Shown here piece after piece: positions 9,171 to 18,092 of a stretch of DNA of 64,000 nt. Below the pieces are notes generated by a model that searched no databases, was not told where the DNA came from, and was given only the letters and a program-made list of their open reading frames with translations. The position numbers and the translations under genes were made by a program. Within the stretch, counting starts at the first letter, position 1, and every line of letters starts with the position of its first letter. Where the stretch lies: contig CAYWZG010000001.1 of assembly GCA_964462795.1 (NCBI GenBank), forward strand, positions 3,197 to 67,196. The letters are read 5' to 3'. Source of the stretch: an uncultured Methanotrichaceae archaeon (GTDB taxonomy: Archaea; Halobacteriota; Methanosarcinia; Methanotrichales; Methanotrichaceae).

Positions 9171-10400
9171 TCAGTATCGGTGGAGAAACCTTGCCTGAAA
9201 TCCATGGTACTTGGCAAACCCTTCGGCGTCCCGCTGGCTCAAAGTCTTGCTGTTGAAAGAGACCATTTCCTGATCATAGAGGGCGTCAGGCGACTTTCTC
9301 CCAACAGAAACGGCGCTGCCGCAGTAAAGTTTCATCTTCACAACGCCATTGACCCTTTCTTGGCTCTGATCTACAAAAGCGCAAAGATCTGCATAGAGCG
9401 GATCATTCACGAGGCCCATGTAAGCAAGCTCCGACCAAGCTTCATCCACCGCAGACTTGAACCGAAGCTCAGCTCTCGATAGGACCAGGCGTTCGAGATC
9501 CTGATGAGCGTTCAAGAGCACTGTTGCGGCAGGATGCTCGTAGTTCTCGCGAGCCTTTAGGCCCAATACCCGGTCTTCGATCATATCGGTCCTTCCAACA
9601 CCATGTTCACCTGCGATCTGGTTTAGCTTCGTTATGAGCTCCATACCACCTATCTTCTTGCCGTCCAGCGAGACTGGAACTCCCTTTTCAAACCCGATCT
9701 CCACGATCCTTGCGGGAAGGGCCCTTTCAGGCGACTTGGTCCAAGAGTAGATCTCCTCTGGAGGTTCGTAGAACGGCTCTTCCAGAAGGCCGCCTTCTAT
9801 GCTTCTTGACCAGAGGTTTTCATCAATGCTCCAAGGCTTTTCTTTGGTCACTGGAACATCTATTCCATGATCTCTTGCGTAATCAATCTCCCATTCCCTG
9901 CTTAGATCCATATCGCGCATGGGTGCGATCACTTCCATATCGGTAGCCCTAAAGATGGCTTCGAACCTTAGCTGATCGTTACCCCTGCCTGTGCAACCAT
10001 GAGCCAGAGCCTTTGAGCCCAAATCTCTTGCGATCTCCACAGTTTTTCTTGCGATAAGGGGCCTTGCGATGGCAGTTCCGAGGACATATCCTTCGAAAGA
10101 CCCGTTCGCCTTGATGGAAGGGAATATGTAATCCTGAATGAACTCTTCCTTCGCATCGATCACGTAATGCTCATCGCTTAGCGCCTCAGCTCTTTCGTTT
10201 CCTCTCGCGATGTCTTCACTTGGTTGGCCCACGTCTGTAAGAACTGTTATGACTTTATCAAACCCATAACTCTCTCGCAGAATGGGTATGCAGACCGACG
10301 TGTCAAGGCCGCCGGAATAAGCAAGCACAATGATTTTGGACAAACTAACATCACCAAAAACGTACTCGACAGACCAGTTATTTGAACTCTGCGCCACCAC
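9171..10400 (-). CDS. argG: Argininosuccinate synthase
   Basis: [11 protein letters not shown]-loop and full-length similarity pattern to ArgG. The true start may be the TTG at 10343, which would give [12 protein letters not shown]. Confidence 0.9.
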   Translation of the reverse strand: MVAQSSNNWSVEYVFGDVSLSKIIVLAYSGGLDTSVCIPILRESYGFDKVITVLTDVGQPSEDIARGNERAEALSDEHYVIDAKEEFIQDYIFPSIKANGSFEGYVLGTAIARPLIARKTVEIARDLGSKALAHGCTGRGNDQLRFEAIFRATDMEVIAPMRDMDLSREWEIDYARDHGIDVPVTKEKPWSIDENLWSRSIEGGLLEEPFYEPPEEIYSWTKSPERALPARIVEIGFEKGVPVSLDGKKIGGMELITKLNQIAGEHGVGRTDMIEDRVLGLKARENYEHPAATVLLNAHQDLERLVLSRAELRFKSAVDEAWSELAYMGLVNDPLYADLCAFVDQSQERVNGVVKMKLYCGSAVSVGRKSPDALYDQEMVSFNSKTLSQRDAEGFAKYHGFQARFLHRY

Positions 10401-10443
10401 TCATGCGATAACTCTATAACTTCTCCGCCAGTATTGGACGGTA

Positions 10444-11538
10444 ATGATCCCCTTATTGAACACCATCGCGCTCAAAGTGGACTACGACGAGGATCGTAGG
10501 GAACTTCAGGCCCGAGGGGCTATCGGTATGCTGGTTCAACCGGCCCTCAACAGAATGAACCAGAGGTTGGCCGAAGAGAAACCCGCCCTGGTCCGAGATG
10601 AAGACATAGTTGCCTCAACCTGGCTTCCGCCCATTCCAAGCGACCCGTTCAAAAGGCTCGTCCTCAGCGAGGGCAAGATCGCCATAGGCAGGTTCATTCC
10701 TCAGACTGTGAGCATCGAGGTGACAGGAGAGGGCAGATCTGGGCAGGCCCACTCTTTGCCCCCCAAAAGTGACAACGCGATGGAAACTGAGGACATACTC
10801 CGGGTCATAGACGAGGCCTTGGACCTTGGGGCCAGCATAATAACCTTCACCGAAGGCGACCCCTTGTTAAGAGAAGACATCGCAGACCTGATCCGTCACG
10901 TAGATCCACAAAAGGCGGTAGTCGAGTGCTTCACCCGCGGCTTTAACATGACTCCAGAAAAGGCGCTAGAGCTGAAACGGGCAGGGCTATACAACCTTCT
11001 TGTTGGAATCTACAGCACAGATCCTGAAGAGCACGATCGAGTTCGAGGGATGGAAGGGGCATATCAAAAGGCGATAGAGGCCATCGAGATGGGGCTTGAA
11101 GCAGGCCTCTTGGTAACGATGTCCACCCATGTCAACGGTGGCCAAGTATCTCAGATACCGAATCTTTACAACCTTGCCGCGAACCTCAAAGTCCACGAGT
11201 TTTCGATATGGGAAGGGATCCCAAAGACGCACCAAGAGAAGATCACCCAGATCGAAAGGGAGACGATTCTCAGGTTCTACAAGAGGATCAACAAGACGTC
11301 TGGTGGGCCAAGGGTCTTTGCCAACACTTACTTCGAAGGAGAGATGATGGGCTGCATGGCGGGAAGAAGATGGCTTCACGTCTGCTTAGATGGAACTGTG
11401 AGAGCTTGTCCCTACCTGGAAGATGGCTACGGCAACGTGTTAAATAGCTCGCTCAAGGATATTTGGAAACATATAAGAAAATCAACTAATTTCAATCAGT
11501 TCAAAACAAATTGTCCTGCCCAAGAACTCTACATCTAA
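10444..11538 (+). CDS. Radical-SAM-fold / SPASM-like protein lacking the CxxxCxxC cluster motif
   Basis: The core has radical-SAM architecture (ITFTEGDPLLREDI, LLVGIYSTD, C-terminal GCMAGRRWLHVCLDGTVRACPY). At the cluster position it reads TGEGRSGQAHS instead of TxxCNxxCxxC. Confidence 0.6.
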   Translation: MIPLLNTIALKVDYDEDRRELQARGAIGMLVQPALNRMNQRLAEEKPALVRDEDIVASTWLPPIPSDPFKRLVLSEGKIAIGRFIPQTVSIEVTGEGRSGQAHSLPPKSDNAMETEDILRVIDEALDLGASIITFTEGDPLLREDIADLIRHVDPQKAVVECFTRGFNMTPEKALELKRAGLYNLLVGIYSTDPEEHDRVRGMEGAYQKAIEAIEMGLEAGLLVTMSTHVNGGQVSQIPNLYNLAANLKVHEFSIWEGIPKTHQEKITQIERETILRFYKRINKTSGGPRVFANTYFEGEMMGCMAGRRWLHVCLDGTVRACPYLEDGYGNVLNSSLKDIWKHIRKSTNFNQFKTNCPAQELYI

Positions 11539-11717
11539 TGAGCATTCTCAGCATTCGTCTTGGGGCCAAAAAGATCTATTGATCCTTTTAGCTCGCTTTC
11601 ACATAAGTTAATTTCTATCGACGTTGTCCCTCTCAGCCACAGTCGCTATTTATAAAACTTGGTGGAAAATTATTAGTATAGATATCGCTATCACTATCAC
11701 TTGAGAAGAGGATCAGC

Positions 11718-12356
11718 ATGAGCGTCATCAGATATTTCAGGGTGAATTTCACTTTCTGGATGAAACGTATTTTCAGGAAGAAGAGAGCTAGGATAGGGAT
11801 CTATGGTCCACCAAACGCCGGCAAAACGACCCTTGCAAATAGGATCGTGAGAGACTGGAGCGGCGAGGAGTTGGGGGGTGCTTCTGAAATACCTCATGAG
11901 ACGCGGAAGGCGATGAGAAGAGATGGCATCACCATAACTGGGATTAATGGGTCTAGTGTTGAGCTTGACATAATAGACACGCCAGGAATGGCCACTAAAA
12001 TAGATTTTAAAGAGTTCATGGCTTATGGGATGGAAGAAGTCGAGGCGAAAAAAAGGGCAAAAGAGGCGACAGAAGGGGTAATAGAGGCAGTCAAATGGCT
12101 GGACAATCTGGATGGAGTGCTTTTGGTCATGGACGCGACGGAAGATCCTTATACACAGGTGAACGTCACCGTCGTTGGGAACATGGAGGCAAGAAAGCTT
12201 CCACTTCTGATTGTTTCAAACAAGATCGATCTTCCCAACTCTTCTCCTAGAAGGATTAAATCTGCCTTTCCGCAACATCCAGTGGTGCAGATATCTGCAC
12301 TCAGGGGCGCGAACATCGATGGATTGTACGAAGCCATAGCAAAGCACTTTGGGTGA
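11718..12356 (+). CDS. Small P-loop GTPase (archaeal, uncharacterised family)
   Basis: G1 GPPNAGKT, G3 DTPG, G4 NKID. Basic amphipathic N-terminus. Confidence 0.8.
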   Translation: MSVIRYFRVNFTFWMKRIFRKKRARIGIYGPPNAGKTTLANRIVRDWSGEELGGASEIPHETRKAMRRDGITITGINGSSVELDIIDTPGMATKIDFKEFMAYGMEEVEAKKRAKEATEGVIEAVKWLDNLDGVLLVMDATEDPYTQVNVTVVGNMEARKLPLLIVSNKIDLPNSSPRRIKSAFPQHPVVQISALRGANIDGLYEAIAKHFG

Positions 12357-12360
12357 ATTT

Positions 12361-12729
12361 ATGGGAGAAGTACAGATGGACTTGATCTCCGCCGAAAGGC
12401 TGGAGAACATGCCCTCAACCGAGAAGATCCAACTCATATTGGACAAGGTGAAGAATGGAAAGATCGTGGTTCTGGAGACTGGGTTGACCCCTGAAGAAGA
12501 GATCAGGCTGATCGAGAAGACCATGACAGAGATTCGCGTCGACGAGTTTTCCGGGATCGAGATCGAGAGCTACCCTGCCAAGAAGAGGGGATCTTTTATC
12601 GACAAGATCATGGGAAAAACTGATATGGTGTGCAGGATGACCATCGTGGGACCTGCCAATCAGATCAGAACGACCGGAAAGAACCGGTACGAAATCACCA
12701 CCAAAGTCTCAATTGGTGACGGAGACTAG
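12361..12729 (+). CDS. Small conserved archaeal protein (DUF2073-like)
   Basis: The ORF track opens at a TTG at 12349. The ATG at 12361 follows the GTPase stop directly. The family call is from memory of the conserved GTPase/DUF2073/Zn-ribbon neighbourhood. Confidence 0.55.
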   Translation: MGEVQMDLISAERLENMPSTEKIQLILDKVKNGKIVVLETGLTPEEEIRLIEKTMTEIRVDEFSGIEIESYPAKKRGSFIDKIMGKTDMVCRMTIVGPANQIRTTGKNRYEITTKVSIGDGD

Positions 12730-12735
12730 ACCTGT

Positions 12736-13287
12736 ATGCCTCACATGTGCACTCGATGTAAAAACGTTTTTGACGATGGCGTCGACATATTGAGAGGGTG
12801 TCCTGTTTGCGGGCAGAAGAAATTTCTCTTCGTCAAGTCCGACGCCCAAATAAAGGAGGTCAAGAGAAAACTGAATGCGTCTGAGATTGGTGGTCCTTAC
12901 GAGCCCTGGCCCGAAAACGATGACAAACTCTCCGATATCTTAAAATCCCCTGGAAAAAAGAGAACTGATCCCGACAGAGTCCATCCTGACAATATCCATC
13001 CTGACAATATCCATCTTGACAATGTTCCTCAAAGCAAATTGGCCGGCGATGTGCGTGCAAAAGAGGGGGATATCCCCATGGGTGAAACACGTCAGTCGAC
13101 GAAAATATTGGAGAGCGTTCGGCAAAACGATGACGATATGGTAGAAAGCATCAGAATGTCTGAGCCTGGCACCTACGAACTCAACCTTCCCACCCTCTTC
13201 GAACGCGACGAACTGGTGATGTCCGTGAAAGACGGGACCTATTTGATAGATCTCTCCTCTGCCTTCAAGAAGTACAAAAAAGATTGA
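12736..13287 (+). CDS. Zn-ribbon protein (DUF2072-like) with an internal pentapeptide tandem repeat
   Basis: N-terminal CTRC...CPVC zinc ribbon. A 4 x 15-bp tandem repeat at 12967-13026 encodes DPDRV-HPDNI-HPDNI-HLDNV. Confidence 0.6.
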   Translation: MPHMCTRCKNVFDDGVDILRGCPVCGQKKFLFVKSDAQIKEVKRKLNASEIGGPYEPWPENDDKLSDILKSPGKKRTDPDRVHPDNIHPDNIHLDNVPQSKLAGDVRAKEGDIPMGETRQSTKILESVRQNDDDMVESIRMSEPGTYELNLPTLFERDELVMSVKDGTYLIDLSSAFKKYKKD

Positions 13288-13440
13288 TTATTTGGATTGT
13301 TCTTCACTCTCCACTTTGATCTCGATCTTTTCCCAGGCAGGGTCTACTCCATGCAGATTCTCAGCTATGGATGATATGACCCTTCCCATGATCTCCTGGG
13401 TGAACTTGTTCATAGGAACCCTCTTTCCGTCAATGATCAT
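13288..13440 (-). CDS. Possible small ORF (50 aa; 54 aa from the GTG at 13452), not in the supplied track
   Basis: My own translation of the minus strand gives MIIDGKRVPMNKFTQEIMGRVISSIAENLHGVDPAWEKIEIKVESEEQSK, ending at a TAA at 13288-13290. The composition looks protein-like but I recognise no motif. Confidence 0.3.
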   Translation of the reverse strand: MIIDGKRVPMNKFTQEIMGRVISSIAENLHGVDPAWEKIEIKVESEEQSK

Positions 13441-13471
13441 CTCAGTTTTCACCTTTACACCATCCTATGTG

Positions 13472-13613
13472 TAGTGTTTAACGATACCTTTCGGACAACT
13501 GTCGAACTCTCATGAGTTCGACATTTTGACCTATTCGTATCGTTAAGCACTAATCTTTCGAGAACCAACTAGTTTCATCTAACCGGTCCCCGACTATAAT
13601 TGGTTCTCGAACA
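13472..13613 (+). repeat. Intergenic repeat, full copy (A+B) with a displaced extra right arm of module B
   Basis: TAGTGTTTAACGATACCTTTCGGACAACTGTCGAACTCTCATGAGTTCGACA...GTATCGTTAAGCACTAATCTTTCGAGAACCAACTAG...GACTATAATTGGTTCTCGA. Confidence 0.9.
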
Positions 13614-13656
13614 TATTTTTAATCGAATATGCATGCCGCGGGTGGGGTAATTGGAC

Positions 13657-14043
13657 CTATTTCCCGCCAAAGATCATTATCGACGGCGTGAAAACCGTCG
13701 GATTGCCCACTGAGAAGGAGGGCGTCTGGATACTGGTTCTGGAATAAGTTCTGTTGCTCACCGAGATCGAGAACGGCGGAGTGTAGGTCACGGGGGTGGG
13801 CCCGCCCAGGGCGAGGACTTCCTTTGAGATGGAAGTGGTGCCAAAGCTGCCGCCCAAAGTTCTGACGTCGACTGGCTCTATGCCGCTTGTGGTGGTCTTT
13901 GGAGAGTACTTGATCTCTATAGGCGTAACGTGGGACGATGCAACTGCTTTCTTGCCCTTGGTGCTCAGGTCGATCGGATCTTCGGCGGCGACCAAACCTA
14001 TCAAGAGCATAGAGGCGACTATGGCTATCAGAATGAGTTTCAT
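13657..14043 (-). CDS. Small secreted protein (128 aa), function unknown
   Basis: Signal peptide MKLILIAIVASMLLIGLVAAE. S/T/P-rich mature part. I prefer this over the overlapping 13619..14047 frame, which is Arg/His-rich and has no signal. Confidence 0.55.
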   Translation of the reverse strand: MKLILIAIVASMLLIGLVAAEDPIDLSTKGKKAVASSHVTPIEIKYSPKTTTSGIEPVDVRTLGGSFGTTSISKEVLALGGPTPVTYTPPFSISVSNRTYSRTSIQTPSFSVGNPTVFTPSIMIFGGK

Positions 14044-14121
14044 ACATTAACCTCCCATTTATTCCTTAGCGTGACTTTCGAGTTTTTACCATTTATTCCT
14101 TTTGATGAACTTGATTCGAGC

Positions 14122-14213
14122 TATAGTGCTTAAAGATACCTTTCGGATAAGTGTCGAACTCTCATGAGTTCAACATTTTTAAAATTATCCCAAAGGTACT
14201 GTCAAACACTATA
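14122..14213 (+). repeat. Intergenic repeat, module A only (diverged right arm)
   Basis: TATAGTGCTTAAAGATACCTTTCGGATAAGTGTCGAACTCTCATGAGTTCAACA...CCCAAAGGTACTGTCAAACACTATA. Confidence 0.8.
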
Positions 14214-14312
14214 AGTACACAAAATATTCACAGAATTAAAAATTGAAGGTGTCGGGGTCAGTGCTAGGCCAAACCAGCTTTCGGCGTGGCCTTTATGCTT
14301 TACTCTTGCGCC

Positions 14313-15731
14313 TCACCAGAAGGTGTAACCGAAATACCTGGCGGAAAATACCAAGCCAGTTGCGATTATCAGAAGGCCGAAAGCCCTCGATATCCATTTT
14401 CCAGCAGAAAGGTACCTTTCGCCGATCGCACCGCAAAAGGTCCTGGAGAAGGTAGAAATGGGAATTATGGGAACGCCATGGCCCACGCCAAAGACGAAGA
14501 GCATCAGACCTCCTGTGAGTGGCGCAACGTTCTGAGACATCAGCCATATCAAGACCGGAAAGACCAGTGATATGGCGCAAGGGGCCCAACCCAATGCGAA
14601 GAAGACGCCCAAAGAAAACGCACCGATGAAGGCGGAGTACTTGAACAAGGCGACCGAGACGTTGATCAGATGCTCTAGAATCGACTTATTTTGCCTGATA
14701 TCGCCAACTGCCCCATCTCGTCGCAGTGAAGGCAGGCGAGAGGTGATTGGTTCTAGAATCTCTCCCAAGGGCTTGAAGCTGGTAATCCCCAGCATTATCA
14801 TGAGAACCCCTGCAGCTAAGTCGAAGAACCTGGAATCTCTTAAGAATACCCCAAGGTTGGATATGAAGACTCCGATGAAGAAGAAGACCATCGCCATCCC
14901 CAGGGTGAAGGCCACCCCGATCATGAATCCTTCTTTGGGAGATGACTTGCTCTCATCTGCATCCAGAATCTTTCTTCGGTGGGTTGTCATGAGGTAAGAG
15001 AAAACGGCTATGAAGAGTGCAAGAGAACAAGGGGCAAGAGATGTGATTATTCCAAGGCTAAACATTCCAACGAAAGTAACCTCCTGAATGGGAACGTCAA
15101 CCTCTTCCACATTTCCTGATTCGAGATTTCCTGCTCGCTGGAAAAGGACTTCTGCATCCTGAGTACCCTCTATCACGCCTTCGCCCATCTGGTATACGTG
15201 GTGAAACTCGGCGACTTTGCCATCGTCACCCACTAAGATTATCGTAGGATTGGCAAACCCAGATCCTCTGCTCCAGTATTCAACGTACTCGGATGCGGTG
15301 GGGTAAGGTTCAAAGTCCTCAACCCAAGGCCAGCTCACATCGACCCCCCACCAAGCTTCGGCCAATGTTTGGCCATCCTTGGAATAAGGGTTCTTCCTCA
15401 TGTTTATTGTGACAAGGTTGATTTCAGGGTGATTTTCTTTGAGCTTTTGGAGTTCTTCAACCTGTGCTTCGAGAGAAGGCTCACATTCAATGCACAAGGG
15501 ATTTTCGATGTTTGTTATGTGAAGAATCACCACTTCACCATTGAAATCACTCAGGCTGAAAGTACCTGCATCAAGATTGATCTTCTCGACGCCACCGGAA
15601 TGATCGAACGGCTCTTCCAAAGCCCCACCGATTGGGAGGACCACAAAGATGAACAAAAGCAATATTAGGGCCCAACGGCCCTGACAGGAGAGCGTCTCGC
15701 TCGCCGATCTCATCGCGCTCAATTGATTCAC
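14313..15731 (-). CDS. Fusion of an extracytoplasmic thioredoxin-like domain with a CcdA/DsbD-type transmembrane thiol-disulfide electron-transfer domain
   Basis: N-terminal signal/anchor. CIEC redox motif in a thioredoxin-like region. Multi-TM C-terminal half with two membrane-embedded APC motifs (SLAPCSLALF, GWAPCAISLV). Confidence 0.7.
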   Translation of the reverse strand: MNQLSAMRSASETLSCQGRWALILLLFIFVVLPIGGALEEPFDHSGGVEKINLDAGTFSLSDFNGEVVILHITNIENPLCIECEPSLEAQVEELQKLKENHPEINLVTINMRKNPYSKDGQTLAEAWWGVDVSWPWVEDFEPYPTASEYVEYWSRGSGFANPTIILVGDDGKVAEFHHVYQMGEGVIEGTQDAEVLFQRAGNLESGNVEEVDVPIQEVTFVGMFSLGIITSLAPCSLALFIAVFSYLMTTHRRKILDADESKSSPKEGFMIGVAFTLGMAMVFFFIGVFISNLGVFLRDSRFFDLAAGVLMIMLGITSFKPLGEILEPITSRLPSLRRDGAVGDIRQNKSILEHLINVSVALFKYSAFIGAFSLGVFFALGWAPCAISLVFPVLIWLMSQNVAPLTGGLMLFVFGVGHGVPIIPISTFSRTFCGAIGERYLSAGKWISRAFGLLIIATGLVFSARYFGYTFW

Positions 15732-16315
15732 TCGTCCCGGGTTTCATTGTTCCATCTATCAGAGTTATCTTCGTAAAAGTCGATGGCGTCTTTAACGTAA
15801 GAGCGAATCGGGCTCTCGCCGCCGTAACCTACATAACTGTGCCACCCGACCTGAACAGATCCATTTGAGTCAGGTACCAGAGTCATTAGGACTGTTACAG
15901 GAACGTATCTGGGATCCCCATGAGGGTCGTAAGTCACAATAGCTTCGTTGGCAATATCGGCACTTTTTCCGTCTGTCAATAGGTCGTCGTATGTTATCTT
16001 ATTGCCCATTTCTTTGAGGACATTATTGATGTCGCTCTCCTGCTTTATGCAGGCAGGACAGCCTCCGCGGTGAATCAACAAGATGATAGGTCCGTCTTCC
16101 AGATCTTCTAGGACCCATTCGGGATGTTTCACTTCGGAACCAGAATCAGAATGCTGATCAGGATATTCGATCCACCAGTCAGCGTCATCCGACCCGATAG
16201 AATATGCCTTTGTAGTGGACATCACGCTGAAGAAACCTGCTGCCAGAATCGTCCCCACGATCAAGGCTGCGAGAAATTTGCCAACCATCATATACGAAAT
16301 ATTACCAACTCCCAC
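15728..16315 (-). CDS. Membrane-anchored thioredoxin-fold protein
   Basis: N-terminal TM segment. CPAC active-site motif (HRGGCPACIKQ). 4-bp overlap with the downstream CcdA-fusion gene. Confidence 0.7.
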   Translation of the reverse strand: MGVGNISYMMVGKFLAALIVGTILAAGFFSVMSTTKAYSIGSDDADWWIEYPDQHSDSGSEVKHPEWVLEDLEDGPIILLIHRGGCPACIKQESDINNVLKEMGNKITYDDLLTDGKSADIANEAIVTYDPHGDPRYVPVTVLMTLVPDSNGSVQVGWHSYVGYGGESPIRSYVKDAIDFYEDNSDRWNNETRDE

Positions 16316-17168
16316 TTAATCTACAATATTATCCCCATTTCTCACACCAAGGTCCCAACGATCCGTCTTCTAAGTTCACAGTCATTCACATCACACATAT
16401 ATCGCAAGTATCTTAAAGGTATCAAATCTACAGATCTAGGACCTAAATTTATGTGAACTCCATCAACTCACAGAGAACCGCTTGGATTCCCGGTGGTTGG
16501 TGACTGGTATTCGTATATAAGGTTGCTGGATTGGTTATTAATCCACATTATATCACATATATGGACTTAGCTTTGTCATTATGATATGGTCATTGGCACC
16601 GAACTGTCGTAACTAGATTACTATTCGATCCTTCAAATGACGAGGGATGCTGGACGGAAAACTGGCACTACTTCTGTTGAACAACGCCGCCGCCGAACGT
16701 CAGGCGAGATCGTTGCTTGCCGTCTGCTACTTGTGGCGTGATCGTCACCTCACACTGGAAGTTCACCCTGCCCGACCTTGCGGCCAAAGACTTGGGCATC
16801 CTGAAGCCCGCACGTTGAAACGGTGAGACAAACGCTGGCGAAATGGCAGAATCAGAGTTTATTGGAGATGGAAGTTAGGGTAGTCACCCTGTAGCGTGTT
16901 GTTATTGCTCCTACTTCGTCACGTTTCAGGGACAATCCGAGATTAGCGACCTGATAGGATGTCGAATAACTCCAGCCTGTTGCGAGATCTGTCGCTGCAA
17001 CTCACTCCGTGGTAAAATCAACAACAACAGCAAATGTATCTGTCACGTCAGACGAGGTAGAATTGTTCAACAACACTCATGGTGGAGACTACCAAAGTTA
17101 GAAAAATGGCAAAAGCGGGAGGATGAAGGAGACGATCGGCGCCCCCTCCCCCCCTATTTTCCTTTCTA

Positions 17169-17945
17169 CTAGACCGTCATGCACTCGGACGTTTCGCAGT
17201 TGGCGCCGATAACGATTTCGTTTCCGACGTCGGTCTTGATGCGCCACATTGGCTCTTCGACCTCTGGGGTCAATGGCCAGCTGAGGCTTAGACCTACGAA
17301 GGTGCTGCCGCAGTCCATCGACTGCATGACGGCGATCGCTTCCTTAAAGTCCACCATGTAGCTGTCAAAGGATTGGACACCCAAAAGACAGTCCACTTCC
17401 ATGGGCTTCGTCATCCCTATCAAAGGTGCCTGGGCCACGTAGTAGCTGTAGCACGTTCCGTTCACGTCCTTGTAGATGACGTCCCATCCCAGAACGTCCT
17501 CTGCCGTATGCCCGGCGGAGTTGTTGATCCGGGCAACCTTTGAGATCAACCCCTTTGACTCGACGGAGGGCTTGCATTTATCCTTCATGGTCCATTTGCT
17601 GCAGTTAGAGGGCTGACATTCGCCATCGAAGTACTTCTGCTCGTCGCATTCAGAACAGTCATCGAAGACGCAGACCGCGTACTCAGCGGTCCAGGTTCCC
17701 ATATCTTCCACCCTATTCTCGATCTTGTAGCCCTGCTGCTCGCAGTAAGTGAAGTTCTGGCCGCACTTGCCCCTGTAGAAGTCCCAGGTCGGGCAGGAGG
17801 TACCGTCTGGGAAAACGCAATCACCATCTTGACATTCGTAGCCCAAGGCGCTGCAGTAGACACAGGAAGGATCGGCAATACCTTCTGCCAACGCTGGCAT
17901 CGCGAGAATTGCCAACGCCAAAACTATAATTTTGGATATGTTCAT
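17169..17945 (-). CDS. Secreted cysteine-rich protein with two DUF333-like repeats
   Basis: I moved the start to MNISKIIVLALAILAMPALAEG, where an AGGTGA lies 7 nt upstream. The repeats are CVFPDGTSCPTWDFYRGKC and CVFDDCSECDEQKYFDGEC. I count 18 Cys in the mature part. Confidence 0.65.
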   Translation of the reverse strand: MNISKIIVLALAILAMPALAEGIADPSCVYCSALGYECQDGDCVFPDGTSCPTWDFYRGKCGQNFTYCEQQGYKIENRVEDMGTWTAEYAVCVFDDCSECDEQKYFDGECQPSNCSKWTMKDKCKPSVESKGLISKVARINNSAGHTAEDVLGWDVIYKDVNGTCYSYYVAQAPLIGMTKPMEVDCLLGVQSFDSYMVDFKEAIAVMQSMDCGSTFVGLSLSWPLTPEVEEPMWRIKTDVGNEIVIGANCETSECMTV

Positions 17946-18092
17946 CAAATTCACCTCTGTACATAATAGAGATGCTATAATATATAATAATTTTCGAAAC
18001 TTCGGTTGAAACAAGCGCCATCTTAAAAAATAAATCCTTCCGCGCAGGGCCGAATCGAGAACCCCGCGCGTATCCCCGCTCACAGGATGAAC

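Noticed and set aside
13619-14047. 142-aa frame overlapping the small secreted-protein gene
   Set aside because: It is the alternative frame on the same strand. It is Arg/His-rich with no signal peptide, whereas the 13657-14043 frame begins with a canonical signal peptide.
17946-18083. N-terminal 46-aa extension of the DUF333 ORF
   Set aside because: The extension would bury the signal peptide internally and runs up to the leuS stop. The internal Met at 17945 has an AGGTGA upstream and is followed directly by a signal peptide.
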